Origin: Macrostomum hystrix
Lineage: Eukaryota > Animalia > Platyhelminthes
Reading direction: 5' to 3'
Assembly: GCA_950097015.1 (NCBI GenBank)
Contig: CATNEN010000039.1
Span: forward strand, 4,836,001-4,900,000
DNA length: 64,000 nucleotides
The translations under genes and the position numbers were made by a program. How positions within the stretch are numbered: the stretch's first letter is position 1; every line of letters begins with the position of its first letter. Below the pieces are notes generated by a model. It was not told the origin of the DNA and searched no databases. It saw nothing but the letters and a program-made list of their open reading frames with translations. Below, piece after piece: positions 12,569 to 26,675 of the stretch.

Positions 12569-14733
12569 GTCTATCGGAAAGTATCACTACTTTTTTGGAC
12601 ACCACACTATATGTACTATCCGTGCTTTTTAGCTGGCAAATCGGTAAAAGTTTCCGTGAGATCATTTTTTGCTACGTTTGACGATGCGTTACTAGTTGTA
12701 GCTTTCATGGCTACACGTGCGACTGTACAACAATTTGATTATTGTCAGCATAAATTTATTAGATATTAAAATAACAAAAGACTATGACAAAACCAATCAT
12801 TTTCTTTTATGCACACAAAGGATGACATCAAACACAAACACAATCTTCTGCCGTTGTTAGGAACACATGGCCTATTAAATAGAAGACAACGAACTTTATA
12901 ATTTTAATGAAACGTAAAAGTTGGGTTCTAAACTAGTCGTCATAGTTCTAAACGGCGTCGCAGAGCATGTTAACAAGAAAAGCGCCCGCATCAATGCTTA
13001 CACAGGAACAGCTAGCGACGCGGGCAGACAACTACGAAAAAGTACATTCACTTTTTAAGAGAAATATTAAGTTTTTAGCAAGCGTGTGTCTTGCTTTGCA
13101 ATGTGGCTAGTATTATATAAGTTTATGCACGCTTATAAGAGTCCAATAAACACTTTCTTACAACTCTATTTGTAATAAAAAAGCTCAATTACTAAAGGCA
13201 GCACAACACACAAGAGGGCGAATAAGTTTTAAATAAAGTTTCTATTTACTTCTAGTTTTCTTTTACCAAAGATTTAATTTAAAAATGGATTGTTTAAAAC
13301 TGAAACCTAATTTTAGATTGCGAAAGATCTTTTAGACAAGTTATAGTTGAAGTAAGGTGGATTCAATATTCGGTTAATCAATCATTTATTACAATATCAA
13401 TATGAAAAATATTGTACTCACTTGCATGTGTGATTGAGGCGGACCAAAACACACTGTGCTTTCCTTATTGCTATATTCAGTAGCGATCGTATGACAATTT
13501 ATAATTTATAAAGAATAAAATAAGCTTGTTAGTGAGAATATAACTTATTTAAATATTAGAGTTCAAGATGCGAGATTTTTAAAAGATTCTAGAAAGATCT
13601 AGACTTTCTGAATTTATCGTACCCGAATCAACAGTGGAAATATTAGGACAACAATAGCTGATTAACTGCCCGCTGATACTTACCCGAAAATGAATACTAG
13701 CAGTTCCTAGGCCATTAAAATTCATAGCAAAATGGAGCACATAGTTTTAATAGTTGCGAAAATTCACTTCTAGAATTTAATTTCAAATAGGAAATAGAAA
13801 GCAGGGGACGCGAGTGTGGTTGTTAAAAAATATAAACGGGAGTTTGTAAACAAAGCGTTGCAATTTAACATATGATAATAAAAGTACATTTTGAGTGTTG
13901 CATCAAACTTGAATAATTATAGCAAGACAAGAAGAGATGCACAGAAAAACACTTCACTTAAAAAATAGCGGCGGCAGGTGCTGTCGAATTAGGTCCGCTC
14001 TCCGCTGTTCTGGCGGCACCGGCTTGGATTTAAATTGGACTGAGCGCGTGCGTGCGTGCGTTATCCGATTGCTTTCTTCTCATTTTAGTGTGATTTTATT
14101 ATCCAAAATTGAAACACTAAATCTGTTAAATTGTTTCCTACTTCTATTAAAATGAGTTTAAAATGCTGCAAAAACAGCTACAATTGACTGCTTTGGCGCG
14201 AATTTCAAATCATTTAAATGGTTAAATTTCATTTCGAATATTCGACGACTATTATGAAGTTTGTCTTTTGAATGTTGAAAAAATTAATTTTATACATTTT
14301 TCCTAGAAAACTAAAACGAGGTTGAAGTAGCATTTAAATATATAATGTGCGGCACTTTCATTTAAACATTATGAATTTGATTTATTAATATTTTTAGATT
14401 AGAATAGCCATCGACATGCGCTCGCTTCATCATGATCATGAACCTGTACAGGATGAGAGAAGAGTTCAAAGGGGGGGAGAGGAACGTGTCGGTCCGAGAC
14501 CGAAAATAACAAAACAAATCGACGCATTTTGTTTACTATCTATTAAGCTAGACCTTAGCTTGATGAGCTATCACTGCCAATTCGGACACTTTAAATACAT
14601 TTAGTTTAGAAAAATTCTAGTTATGATTTGTGGCTAATCTCATAATTGGCAACTTTATTTCAGCAATTTTTTACTACAAATATCACTGAATGAGCAAAGT
14701 TTCTGAAAACTCACCTAATAAATAATGGCTTAA

Positions 14734-17700
14734 TCAGTTCTTGCCGCTAGCTGATTTATCCCACCAGTTCTGCTGCTGGCCCGCAGCGCCGCGACTGTCC
14801 GAGCCGGCGGAGCCACCGCCGGATTCCTGCTGCTGCTCGCGGCTCTGCGGCCAGCCGCTCTGCTGTGGCTGGCTGCCGTTTGACTGCTGCTGCCATTGCT
14901 GCCACTGCTGCCATTGCTGATACTGCTGCTCCTGCGAAGCCTGTGTTAGGAGTCAAATTATTGAGAATAGGTTGAAGCCAAACAAGTATTTTACTGAAAG
15001 TAGTTGGAGCAGATGTACATCCTCAGCTTCAGCAGTATACTCGTACATTATGTCTGTGGACTGGGGGGCCGACACACCTGCCCAATTGTTACCCTAGCTA
15101 CTACCGACGGGGGTGAATGGCAGAGCGGTATAACGCGTGTGCCTCTCTCACCGAGGTAACCTGAGCTCGATTCCGCAGCGAAGCCACATATATTTAGGGC
15201 GCAGCCGCAGAGAGAAAGCTTGGGTGCTTGTCATGCAGGTTATTTCCTTGAGGGCCAACCTCCTAGGCACAGTAAGAGCGTACAATGTCTGACGATGAAA
15301 TGTGCACACCTGCGTGAGTGTATGCCTACATACAGTATCTGTGTGTGTGCTCTAGAGTCAGCGAAATGGGCAGAATAGCCTCATCGCTGGCTGCGGGTCT
15401 ACTGTCACCGGATGAATGATTAGTGGCACCCATTTTACAGTGAGTTGAACGGAGGCAATAAGTAATTAATTTGAGTCTTTCTTATGCTATTTCCATGGAC
15501 TGAGTCTCGAACTCAGGACCTCGCAGTCAGGGGTCCGAAGCCCTAACTTGTGGGCTAAATCTATTCTCTTTTAAAAACCCAATACAGCATGTAGAAATAT
15601 TAACAGAACAAACCGGTTGCTGTTGCGACTGCGGCTGCGCCTGAGAAGATGAGCCAGGCTGCTGCTGACCGCTCTGCAGCAGGATGGCATCGGCGTATTC
15701 GTTCATGCCCTGCCTGCGGTAGTACTCGGCCCAGGCCAGGCTATAGTCCATCTGGCCAGTCTGGCTATTGTACTGCGGGGCTGGCATGGATTCCTGCTGC
15801 TGCTGCTGCTGCTCCTGGCCATTGTTTCCATAGTAACCAGACGAGGCGCCTCCGTACTGCTGGTTGTAGCCGCCCTGCTGCTGCTGATGCGGCAGGCCGG
15901 CCTTCTCGCAGATAAGGCGTACAGCCTCCGCAATTTGGGCTTGCGAACCCTGCAATTGATCGAAATCAAAACATGGCATCCCATATCACTGCTTACGCTC
16001 GTATACAAGCCTTTGAGTATTCGAGCAGCACATTGATTATTTCATCTTTCACAGGAATTTTTACCTGAATATCGAACACCTTGATTGATTCATTAGGCGG
16101 CGGCTCTCTCTGAATGGCAACGTAGGCGCCGGAGACTCGCATAATCTCCTTGATGGTCTCGCCGCCCTTGCCAATGACCAGGCCGGCCTTCTCAGCAGGG
16201 ATTGCGTAAGTTGTTGGCCGATTTTCCGGGCCCCCGCGCTGCCTGTCCGGCCCGGGCATGTTACCGTTAAGCACCGCGTTAATGAGCTCGTGAACTCGCT
16301 CAGATGCCATTTGAACGGAGTGCACATTGCCCGAGATCTGGCGAGTTGAAGGAATTTAATAAGAGATCACAAAACAGCCCACTAACCTATTAAGCTGTTG
16401 TCCTTACTAATCTTATCAGCTGCTGTCCTCACTAACCTTATCAGCTGTTGTCCTCAGAGACCTTATCAGCTGTTGTCCTCACTAACCTTATCAGCTGTTG
16501 TCCTCACAGACCTTATCAGCTGTTGTCCTCACTGACCTTATCAGCTGTTGTCCTCCTAACCTTATCAGCTGTTGTCCTCACTAACCTTATCAGCTGTTGT
16601 CCTCACTAACCTTATCAGCTGCTGTCCTCACTAACCTTATCAGCTGTTGTCCTCACAGACCTTATCAGCTGTTGTCCTCACTAACCTTATCAGCTGTTGT
16701 CCTCACAGACCTTATCAGCTGTTGTCCTCACTGACCTTATCAGCTGTTGTCCTCCTAACCTTATCAGCTGTTGTCCTCACTAACCTTATCAGATGTTGTC
16801 CTCACTAACCTTATCAGCTGTTGTCCTTATAGTCTATCTAGCTCTAAGAGCAATAAACTAGCAATAGCGAATGCCAACCTGCAGAGTGCGCTCGGGCAAT
16901 TCACGATCTCCGGGACCTTCTTGCTTGAACTGCACTTTGGCGCCAGTGTCTTGATTGATCTTGCGCAACATTTCGCCACCTTTGCCAATTACAACGCCAA
17001 CGCAACGGCGAGGTACTTTTATTTCTTCGAAGCTCTCCCCGTAGCCGCTGCTGCCTCCGCCGCCATAGGGACCGCCGCCGCCTGCACCGAAGCCGCTTCG
17101 ACCGCCGAAGCCACCTCCGCCGAAGCCGCCGCCACCGCCACCGCCCCTGGGGCCCTGGCCAAATTCACGCTGCTGCGGCTGCTGTTGCTGCTCCTTGGAG
17201 TTTAGCAGCTCCATCACTAAGTCGCGCGCGTAGTTCAAACGATCCGGAGTGCCTGGCGTTTAGAATGAGACAAGCAGGTGAAAGAAAAGCAGAAAAGGTA
17301 GGGTATAATTGCTATTTGCAGGAGGGCTCCGGCTAATACTTTGGTAAGAATGGGCCCGCAGCCAGCGAGAGGCAAATCTGCCCATTATGCTGACTCATGT
17401 ACAGACCCTCCCACAGGGTCAGCGAGTGAAAATTTTTTGTCAGGCCCCTTAAGTGCGTGAGTCTCTCTTTCCACTGCTGCGCTCTAACTAATGAGGCCTC
17501 GTCATGGAATCCAGCTCAGGGACCTTTGTGCGCGAGGCAGACGCATTAGCCGCTCTGCCAGTAACCCACTAAAGGAAGGGTAATTAGTCAGGTAGCAATT
17601 TCTTCCAACAAGCGAGCCTCACCGGTAATCTTTAGCGGCTTTTCGGTCAGCGAGGCCGTATTGGTGTCCTGTATAAGCACCATCTTGACTCCGGACTTCT

Positions 17701-20700
17701 CTTGCAAACTTTTAATATTCTCGCCGCCGCGGCCAATCAGAAGGCCGACCTTGGCAGCCGGCACATCCAGCTGGATGCTCTCTAGGCCCGCGTCTCCCTC
17801 GCGTGGTCGACTGCCACCGCTGCCGCCCTTCTCGGCTATCATAGACTCCATCATTTGCTTGGCTCGATCGACTTCGGCCTTGCCACCGGAGATTGTCACC
17901 TGACGCTCGCCGTTGACGCTGTCTGAGCTGATCTGGATGCGAGCGCTGGATTCGGCCTGTAGGCGGGTGATGGTCTCGCCACCGCGGCCGATCATTAAGC
18001 CCACGTATCGATCCAGTATTTTTAACTCGAAGGTGTGACTAGGTGCCGAAGTGGTGGCGTCTGGCACTAGCGGGGCTATTAGCATCGGTGGCTTTGCGGC
18101 TGCCGGGGTGGCACTGCCGCATAGTTTCTCATTGATCTTGGCAGCGGCAGCCGCGGCGGCGGCAAGTTTAGCACTGCTAGCTGGGCCGCCACCAGCTGCG
18201 CCAGATGTGGCATCTCCAGCGCCAGGCCCAGCAAAGCTGCGCTTAGTAGCCGGAGAGCCTTCATCATCCGAATTGGAATGAAAGCTGCGCTTGGCTCCGA
18301 CAACACTAATGCCTCCGTCTGTAGGCAGCGATGGTGCTGAGCCATCGACTGGAGCAGAGGCTGTCAGACTGGCGGCAATCTGGATGTACAGGTGCAGGTA
18401 TTCAGTGATAAGCAAAAACAGAGAAGCAGGATAAATTGAATATAGGAAATGAGAAAATTGAGGAATTTGGGAGACACAGATAAGCAACAATCAGGAGTAC
18501 TAACATACCAATTTAACTTTTTTATTAAAAGCACCCTTTTTGTTTACAAATTATGAAAGTTGGAATTTTATTTGTTAACAATAAACAAAGCTAACCAAAG
18601 CTGGATTTCTGGCATTAAAAAGGTATATTGTAGCCAATCTTAAAAATAAATCTTTGGATGTAATGTCACACGTAAGCCCATAGACCCCTAGTCCTTTTAC
18701 TTATTACTCGGGTTGTAATAAGTAATACTAACAGTTTGTCACTCTCTGTATAATAGAGACCTACAGAGTCTGCTCCTCATTGCAAGAGCATCTAATTATC
18801 TATAGGTAACAATAAAATGACAATATACACAATGTGGGATATACCAACAGCTGCATTAATTTTCTTAGTAAAATGTGTCTTTCTAAGCAGAGAATTTTCA
18901 GAGAAAATCAACAGAGACCAGACATGGTGCTTTGTCTCTTGAACAGATGATGGGGGTCAGTCTGATACACCAGCAACCCTGGCTTCTAGTTGGCGATTAC
19001 AAAGGAGACTTTGTACACCATGTCCATAACATAGTGTGAAATACTGTCAAGCATGTTCTACAGTAGCAAATTGCTGTATACTCAACTGACTAGATTTGCT
19101 TTCCACAATACTTTACAAAGGCATATGTGGCAAAGCATTGATTTTAAGCTCTAATTAAAGAATGAATCTTGACTTCATATTTAGTTTATACTAACATTGT
19201 TTGCTTTTACTAGCCTAATTCAATTCAACGCTTGCATTATTATGCAAATGTGCACAATTGATTGCATGCTAGAACAAATTGCATCATGTTTAAATCCTTT
19301 GATTGCTCCAATGCCACTAGTTCATAGTCTGGATTATAACATGGTATTACAACAAACAAAAAATTCAGATTTTTTAATTATATGCAAAGAACTACTTATT
19401 GCATGCCAACTTTGAAACTTTTGGTACCAATTGGTACTTTGAACTAATACCTATCAAAGACTGCCAAATTAAAGAAAAATCTAAATAAAAAATGAATGAA
19501 CATAGGCCTGGGCCAATGGAAACAGAATAAAGATAAAAACATTTTTTAAAAGCATGTACAAAAAAAATATTTTTTGAGAGGAATTCTTATATATATAGAT
19601 ATTTGTTAACTTCAATATGTTAAAAAATAAGTTATCTATCAATAATTTATTTAAATTACTGAATTTTCTAACTAAGAAACATATAAGAATACTAACATAG
19701 GGACTCTAGTAAGCGAAAAAAACGAAAAAATATGAAAAAAAAACAATGCTGTGTTCTGATGAAAAAAGGAATATAAATATTATGTTAAGAAAATAATGCC
19801 TACTATCAATAGAAAGAAGAAAAATATACTTTACAACAAGTGTTTATATGCTACAATTAGTGCAAAAAACAAAAAAGTTATAAAGTGCCAAAATTTTTTT
19901 TTTCAAAGTATTCGCTGTGTGATCGAACTTTAGAAAAACTACCTTACATAGACCTTAAAAATTTTACTAATGCATTGATACTGAAATAAACAAATTAAAA
20001 ATTAAGAAAAAATAGCATAAACCTTACATAGAACTAAAAAACTTTACTAATGCATTGATACTGAAATAAACAAATTAAAAATTAAGAAAGAGGATATAAA
20101 AATATATATTAACAATTATTTTTTAGTAAAAGAATGTTTTTTACTTTGCATTTTTGGTTGGAATTATCTTTTTCTTTTTTCAATCATTGTTTATAGTGTT
20201 TTCTAAGTGTATCCCATTAATATTGTACAGAGAATTTGTATTGTACAGTAGTTTTATGTAGAATATGATATACTCAAACCTTTTTATTTTACTTTAGCAG
20301 AACCTCCCAGAAACATGTTTCTCTAATGTACCCCCTTTACACATTTTAGATGGCTTTTGCAATTGACTGTAATTTATAGAAAATTGATGTCTATGCAATG
20401 TCTATTTGTTAAGCTATGGAATAGGTATGGCTTTGCCACTTCTTCATATTTTTAATTTAGACTGCACAGATATAAGTTTATAGGGCTCTGGCCAAAATCG
20501 TCATATTCTAAATTGTCATATGAGGGTTGTAAAAAAATAACATTATCTAAATTGGCATATTGTCCACATTTGACAATGTGACATTACCGAAGTTGTCATA
20601 TTGTTATTTTATTGGCTTTGCAAACAGCTTTGCTAAAAGCATAAGCAAAGCATACATTTTTGGCCTTGTCTCACTTGGCTCTACAAAAATAATGTCACCC

Positions 20701-23114
20701 TAGACAGGCGCCCTGATCCGATTAGGATAAAACCAGGGTCCAGAATGCCTGTTCTACATCACCTCTGGGAAATCCTGGAGAGGAGAATAGCTGCTGCTAC
20801 ACCAGCGCCCAGGGGTCCAGGCAGGACAAACTAAAAGAGGAAGCTGTTGCTGCAACAGCAACCAAAAAAACAATCTCCACACAGCACCCAACATATGCAG
20901 CAGTTCATCTCATGTTGCGCTTGCTCTTTAGTTTGGCAAAAAAAGTGGAAAAAAATAACAAGTCCCGGCACTAGACACTAAGTCATCTGAGACTAAAACA
21001 CCGAGACGTGGGACGTTCCCTGGGGTTGCTTGTACTGGCTGCCACAGGTGCCGGTGAGCCACAGACACTGGGCCGGTTTGTCGGCTTGACTTCGTCTCAT
21101 TGGTTAGATACACCTGTAATTGAGACTCTGATATTTATACTCACATTATCCTCACATATTCTAGCGGAATGCCTACTTTTCGTAAAGCCAACTACTGCGC
21201 ATCGAACTAAAAGACGCAAATTATCATTATTCTACCGAAATATAAAACTTAAAAAATAAGCGCGAGGGAGGGTGGTGACGGTTCACTCTTGCTGTCTTGC
21301 ATCTCTCATGTCCCCCTTTGAAACTATACCCCAGCTATTGTCATATAAAATATTGTCAAGCACAGTTATTACACACACTGTAAAAAATATATATTTCTCT
21401 TTTAACCCCACTATGCATTTACCAAAATACTGAATGCTAAATTCAAAATACCAATGTTCTGACCATTTTTAACACCATGGCTCAGTGCCCAAATATTCAT
21501 TGCCTAGTTACCTGATTTACCTATCGCAAAATTTCACTCAATCTATTTCTTTTATTTTTATTGAACCAAAACTTTGGACCTTCTAAAAATTTTAAAATTC
21601 TAAATTTCTATTTTTCACTTTTTTATTTACATTTTAATAAAATTGTTTTAATACAAGAAAATATATACAGCAGTAGAGCCCCCACAAGGGCTGACCTGCA
21701 GTCTAGATTGGACAAGGCCGTTTAACAAACAAACAAAAATAATGTCATTTGAGCCATTCAAAGTACATTGCACATTATATAACATATGCACTGAGTTTCG
21801 TTCAACATGTAGCTATGTACATGTAACTCAAACATGCCCTTCTATTGCATTGTCATGATTTGCAATATTTGCATATTGCATTTGTCTGTTCATTGTGCCT
21901 ACCTAATGCTTTTATTGGTGCTTTTTTTATCTGCATTTACTTTTAACTGCCTTTAAATCAATTATTTGTTTGAATTATGCATCATTAAATATTTAAATCA
22001 TATTCATAATCAAAATGAGCAATGAACAAATAGTCAAGATCGTCATATTAAATTGAATATTGTGACACTTGTGCAAATCATCATCATCATAATTCATATG
22101 ACGTTTTAGATTATGACGATTTGATCTGTACCCATTTATAGTGGCATCACAAGATTCGGACTTAGGTTATATCAGATCATTTGTTACTAATGTCTAATGT
22201 AATGTAACTAATGTTACTAATGGCTGCTACCAAAAAAGAACTATTCTTATAAAAATAAAAATGCAGAATATACTTTAAACCACATTTTATTAACTACTAT
22301 AGCCACAGGGAACATAGTATTTAGCCAGATAGGGTAATGTATCATCAACCAAACAGTGTATCTTCAAAACCGAACAGGAATTTTGATGTCTTCCTTGGTC
22401 TCGTGCAAGACAGAAACAAGCTATTGTGTTTCACAGAACAACTAATTTGAAAGTTGAAGAAATTATCTACAAGCTAAGGCATGATGTGCAATGAAGCATT
22501 AAGAGGAAAGAAAGATATTGATATTTCAGTAGAAATTTTTATTGCAAAAGCATACTTTTTAACAACATTTTTTCAGTATGTACTTTAAACAAAGATTGTA
22601 TGTGGTTGCTTGCCAATTAAATGACCATAAATGTAGTTATTTATAGAGCATGAAAAATGCTTTCAAATCACATAATTTATGATAGTTCACTCCTTAAAAT
22701 AAGATTAAACCACTCACTCAAATTGTAAAACCAAACATCAAATTCTCTGTTTGGTTTGAAGATACATAAAAATCATTGTTTGGTTTTACATAAAAAGCAG
22801 GAATAACTTTTTTCTATTTGATAAAATAGCAAAAGCAGATACTTTTTAGAAAGATGTAACTGTTTTCTATAACTTGGCTTTTGTAGCTTATCTGTAGCTT
22901 AGGTTTGAATTAAAAAAAATACACATTCTTGTTTGGTTGATGATACATTACCCTATGCCTCTTTATATAATATAAAAGTGATATAGAATACTTCGCCCAC
23001 AAATTTGTGAATAGTCCATTAAGTCAACTTAATTGAATAGCTGAGATAGTCGAGAAAACTTCATACCTGTTTTGCCTTTGCCATTGCTGCCTCGAAATTC
23101 GGATTGATACTCAT
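14734..23114 (-). CDS. FUBP: Far upstream element-binding protein / PSI-like 4xKH RNA-binding protein; exons 23114-23067, 18379-17623, 17252-16879, 16337-16065, 15949-15614, 14940-14734
   Basis: N-terminal FEAAMAKAKQ|IAA box; four KH GxxG loops (IGRGGETI, IGRGGENI, IGKGGEML, IGKGGETI); C-terminal DYSLAWAEYYRRQG repeat; all junctions are GT-AG and in phase. Confidence 0.9.
15110..15430 (+). mobile_element. tRNA-derived SINE (family B), near full length, in FUBP intron
   Basis: TGGCAGAGCGG A-box-like and GAGCTCGATTCC B-box-like motifs; 3' body GAGTCAGCGAAATGGGCAGAAT...GCGGGTCT shared with other copies. Confidence 0.65.
16380..16828. repeat. 25-bp intronic minisatellite (CTTATCAGCTGTTGTCCTCACTAAC)
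   Basis: About 17 tandem copies filling a FUBP intron. Confidence 0.95.
17350..17570 (-). mobile_element. SINE family B copy in FUBP intron
   Basis: Reverse-complement match to the head and 3' body of the 15110 copy. Confidence 0.55.
20483..22133. mobile_element. Degenerate non-autonomous DNA transposon (possibly Mutator-like)
   Basis: Imperfect TIRs GGGCTCTGGCCAAAATCGTCATATTCTAAA / TTTAGATTATGACGATTTGATCTGTACCC with TTTATA-like flanks; no transposase seen. Confidence 0.5.
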
Positions 23115-24304
23115 TTCTATGTATAAATCAAAGTTCAGTAGCAGAAACTGACTTGTTTATCTTTATATTATTTTTTTCTTTGTACGCTCCTTAGCCTGCT
23201 TTTGTCAAAATAATCAGTTTACTCTTACAGTACAATTTAATTAACAGTGTAGCAGAAATAGTAACGTATGTCACGAATCCATCCGTACTTTGAATTGAAT
23301 AATACTTTACAAAACAACGAGAAAGAGCAATTTAAAATAGTTATTTATCTAGCGATCAAAGCAATTTATGATATGCCACAAAAGAATGTGCTTTAAAAAC
23401 CGAATTTTAACTAAGTTTGACAAAAACTCCTCTATTTAAAACTTTTGACACAACAATTAAATTTCGGAAATTTAATCTTTAATCTTTGTTTCTTTGTAAT
23501 AAGGTCGTGCAATTTTACTAACTTCCGATGTGTAAACCAAATGGAATTAAAATTATGAACTTTATGAACCGCTTTTAATTATGAACAATACACAACGCAA
23601 CTCCAAATGGTTACAAGGCCGAATTTAAGCAGTTAACCCACCGAGCGCCACTGGTCTGGCCGCCAATCATTTTTAAGTGTATTTATATATCAAGCTAATC
23701 AGCATACAGTATAAAAGTTCGCGATGACAGTGCGCTATTTAAATGGATCATACTGTAAAAAATAAGTTATCTATCAATAATTTATTTAAATTACTGAATT
23801 TTACTGAATTACTGAAATACGACTACAGTAAAATACTATACAAGCGACACAGCGAGAGAAAGTACAGTACTAATACAGTATAGAATAATATAATAACATC
23901 GTGAACAATAAAATATGAAATGGAAATTACAAATAATATATATTTTTAAGTAGCAGGAGCATCATACTACAGATGCAAAATTTTCGAAGAAATAAACTTG
24001 CCAATCGATTCAACAACGATCTTTTTATATATCCAGACTCGGCATGGTAACATAAGATTCCCTCTACAATCGCAGTTGCTTGGTACTTCCATTTTACTCA
24101 GAAAGACATACCGAAACTTTTCAGTTTTTTTAAAACTTATACTGAATAAGGTCTAAGTGGTTTCAAATCCTCACTAGGCCTATCTACATCATGTGGACAC
24201 TAACATATTAGGCCTATCATCTACAATATGCATCGATGCTCTAAAATAGGGCATTTCCCTATATTGTTATTGTTTGTTTTCTATTTTCTGCTCTAAATTA
24301 GTAA

Positions 24305-24744
24305 GGTAGTTGTTATTTGTCCGGTTAACCGGACAAATAGCCATTTGGTTATTCGTCCGGTTAACCGAGGTTGTAGGGGTTGTAGCGCTACCACGAGAAC
24401 CTCTATCATTTGTAAGATAAAATAATTAACAAGCTGCAAAAGGACAGTCATTCAGATTTGAAGTTTGTGTCTCAAATTATTTTCGCTTATCAGCTAATTA
24501 AAAAAATTAAAACCTTTTCCAGAAATTCGGTTGTTTCAGGGACTAACTTAGTTCAAGGGTATAGTTTGGTCTTTGTGAGGTCAAGACTCAAGATGGCTAT
24601 TAGCAGGGCAAGAGTGGTCTTTGGGAGGATCGTTGCTCCTGCTCATTGAAAGGGGAGAAATTAAGTCCTTGGGTGGTTAACTGGTTAACCGGACGAATAA
24701 CCAAATGGCTATTTGTCCGGTTAACCGGACAAATAACAACTACC
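24305..24744. mobile_element. MITE with ~62-bp perfect TIRs
   Basis: GGTAGTTGTTATTTGTCCGGTTAACCGGACAAATAGCC...GGTTAACC and its reverse complement ending at 24744; the TIR contains an internal palindrome. Confidence 0.8.
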
Positions 24745-25019
24745 ATTAATCAGACTGTATTCACAGACTCCTTACTCCTTTGTCCTTAGCCTTAGGCTTT
24801 GAAATGTGCAAAATTGCATTAATAATTTTAAGCAACAAACCAAAATTAATGCTTAGGGGGGGCCTAAAACAAGATATAAAATTGTTAGAATAGAATAGTT
24901 TTTTTATGGTTAAAACATAACCATAGGGCCTAGCCATAGTATTTATTTAGTTTGTTAGTATTTAGTAATAATATTTGGTTATTATTATTTTTGGTGATTA
25001 TTTACTCACTTAATAGCCA

Positions 25020-25460
25020 GGAGGCAAGGGTTACTTGATGCACTAGTGCAAGAATGGCATGCCTCCCATAGTCAGGAAGGTGGCAGTTTGGTCGGAAAAT
25101 TCCGGCGCTCACAAGCCCTTTTTGGGCACACAACGGCGCACAACGGCGCACAGCGGCGCGCCACAACAGCGCACAGCGGCGCACTGGCGCACAGCGGCGA
25201 TCCCATGCCTCCAGGGCCCAGGCAAGCAAACTAGGTGGGAATCGCCCATTGTGCCATCTGGACCCCTGGACTCAGGCACCTCCCACACAGCAGCAAGCCA
25301 AGTGGGTGGCAGTCCGAGTGTCTCACCCCAGGCCTGCACATGTACAGAGCAGACAAAACCTGGGGAGGACTTATATGCCTGAAGGGTAGGGATGAGAGAA
25401 TCAAGCCACATGCAGGCTATGCCCACTCAGAGCACGCATGGCTGGTGCACACCTGCCCCA
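25020..25460 (-). mobile_element. SINE family A copy (inverted)
   Basis: Reverse-complement similarity to 11490-11720. Confidence 0.6.
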
Positions 25461-26675
25461 CCCCCTATACAATATTACAATGTCTCACATCCAGCCCAAC
25501 ACAAATACAAACTATTTTAAGATATTTGGTGAATATAGTTGTTAATTAGTGTGTTGCTGTTTATTCATCTGGCCCTTTCAATTTGTGGCTATTTTGACTG
25601 ACATGTACTACTGCTTCATTTCTTTCATAGACAAATATATTCTCATTTACTATCTCACTTGGGCATAGGCCTAGCCTATTGCATAACTAACAATTAGGCT
25701 TTACATTTTTTACATGACTAGGCCTAGGCCTAGCTATTAAATTCTAACTCAACCTGAGTAGGCCCTAACTTGGCCTATATATAAATAGACTCAATAACTT
25801 AACTCTATATAAATTCTATGCCCACCTTAGGGCCTATCTTAAGTAGCTTACTAACAATATAATATAGGCTGTTCTCTGGCTCAGATATCTGCTCTGGTAA
25901 TTCTTTCTTAGACAAATTTGCATGTATTTGTTATATGCATTTTATACTTTAATTAGTTTCTTTTATCTTTGTGCACTTAGTGTGAAAAAAGAATTTTTTT
26001 CTAATTTTGGTTTGCTGAATGTGACAAGTTTATGCAATATATGCTTTACTTTGATTAAACTAGAATTTGAATACCTAAAAGCTGTATCTAGGGCCTATTT
26101 CACTCTCTGAAATTGTTTTTTATGCCTATCTAATCTAAAATCTCCATGTTATCTCATGGCTACTAAACCTTAGCCAAAAATGGTCAAGATCAGTTAGAGT
26201 GATAATGATAATGGAGTCTGAAAAAGTGGACAATGATGTGGAGATTACAACATATAATATGAGTAATGACCAATAAGCAAAGCTACATGTATTTCTAGCA
26301 TACTTATGTATAAAAATAGCAGTTATCTTTTGTTTCTTTATTTTTCTGTTACCAAATGGTCAGTAGCAATCCTTACTGCCATTGCTGTTACTTTTTTCAT
26401 AATGCACTAAACACTGTACAAATTACTTAGCCTTGGTCATGAGTGCATTTTTAAGACAGCAAGTAATTAGTGCAGTAATTCTTTTTAGGCAGTAAATTCT
26501 ACTACTTAATTTGGTAATTAATTAATTTCTTACAACAAATAGGTTAAACAGCTGGTCTTGTTTCTCGTTGCTACTTGCTAATGACCCATTGGAGTAGCTA
26601 TTTCCTATAGTAATTAAGAGTAGTCAGATGTGTGAGTTTTTCTTATGAACAAACACTTATATTTCAGCAGCAGTC

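Noticed and set aside
9940-15200. tRNA genes
   Set aside because: A/B-box-like heads continue into shared repeat bodies with no intact cloverleaf, so they are SINEs.
20700-20850. Hammerhead-like ribozyme (CTGAT...AAAC)
   Set aside because: Lacks the CUGANGA/GAAA core and matching stems.
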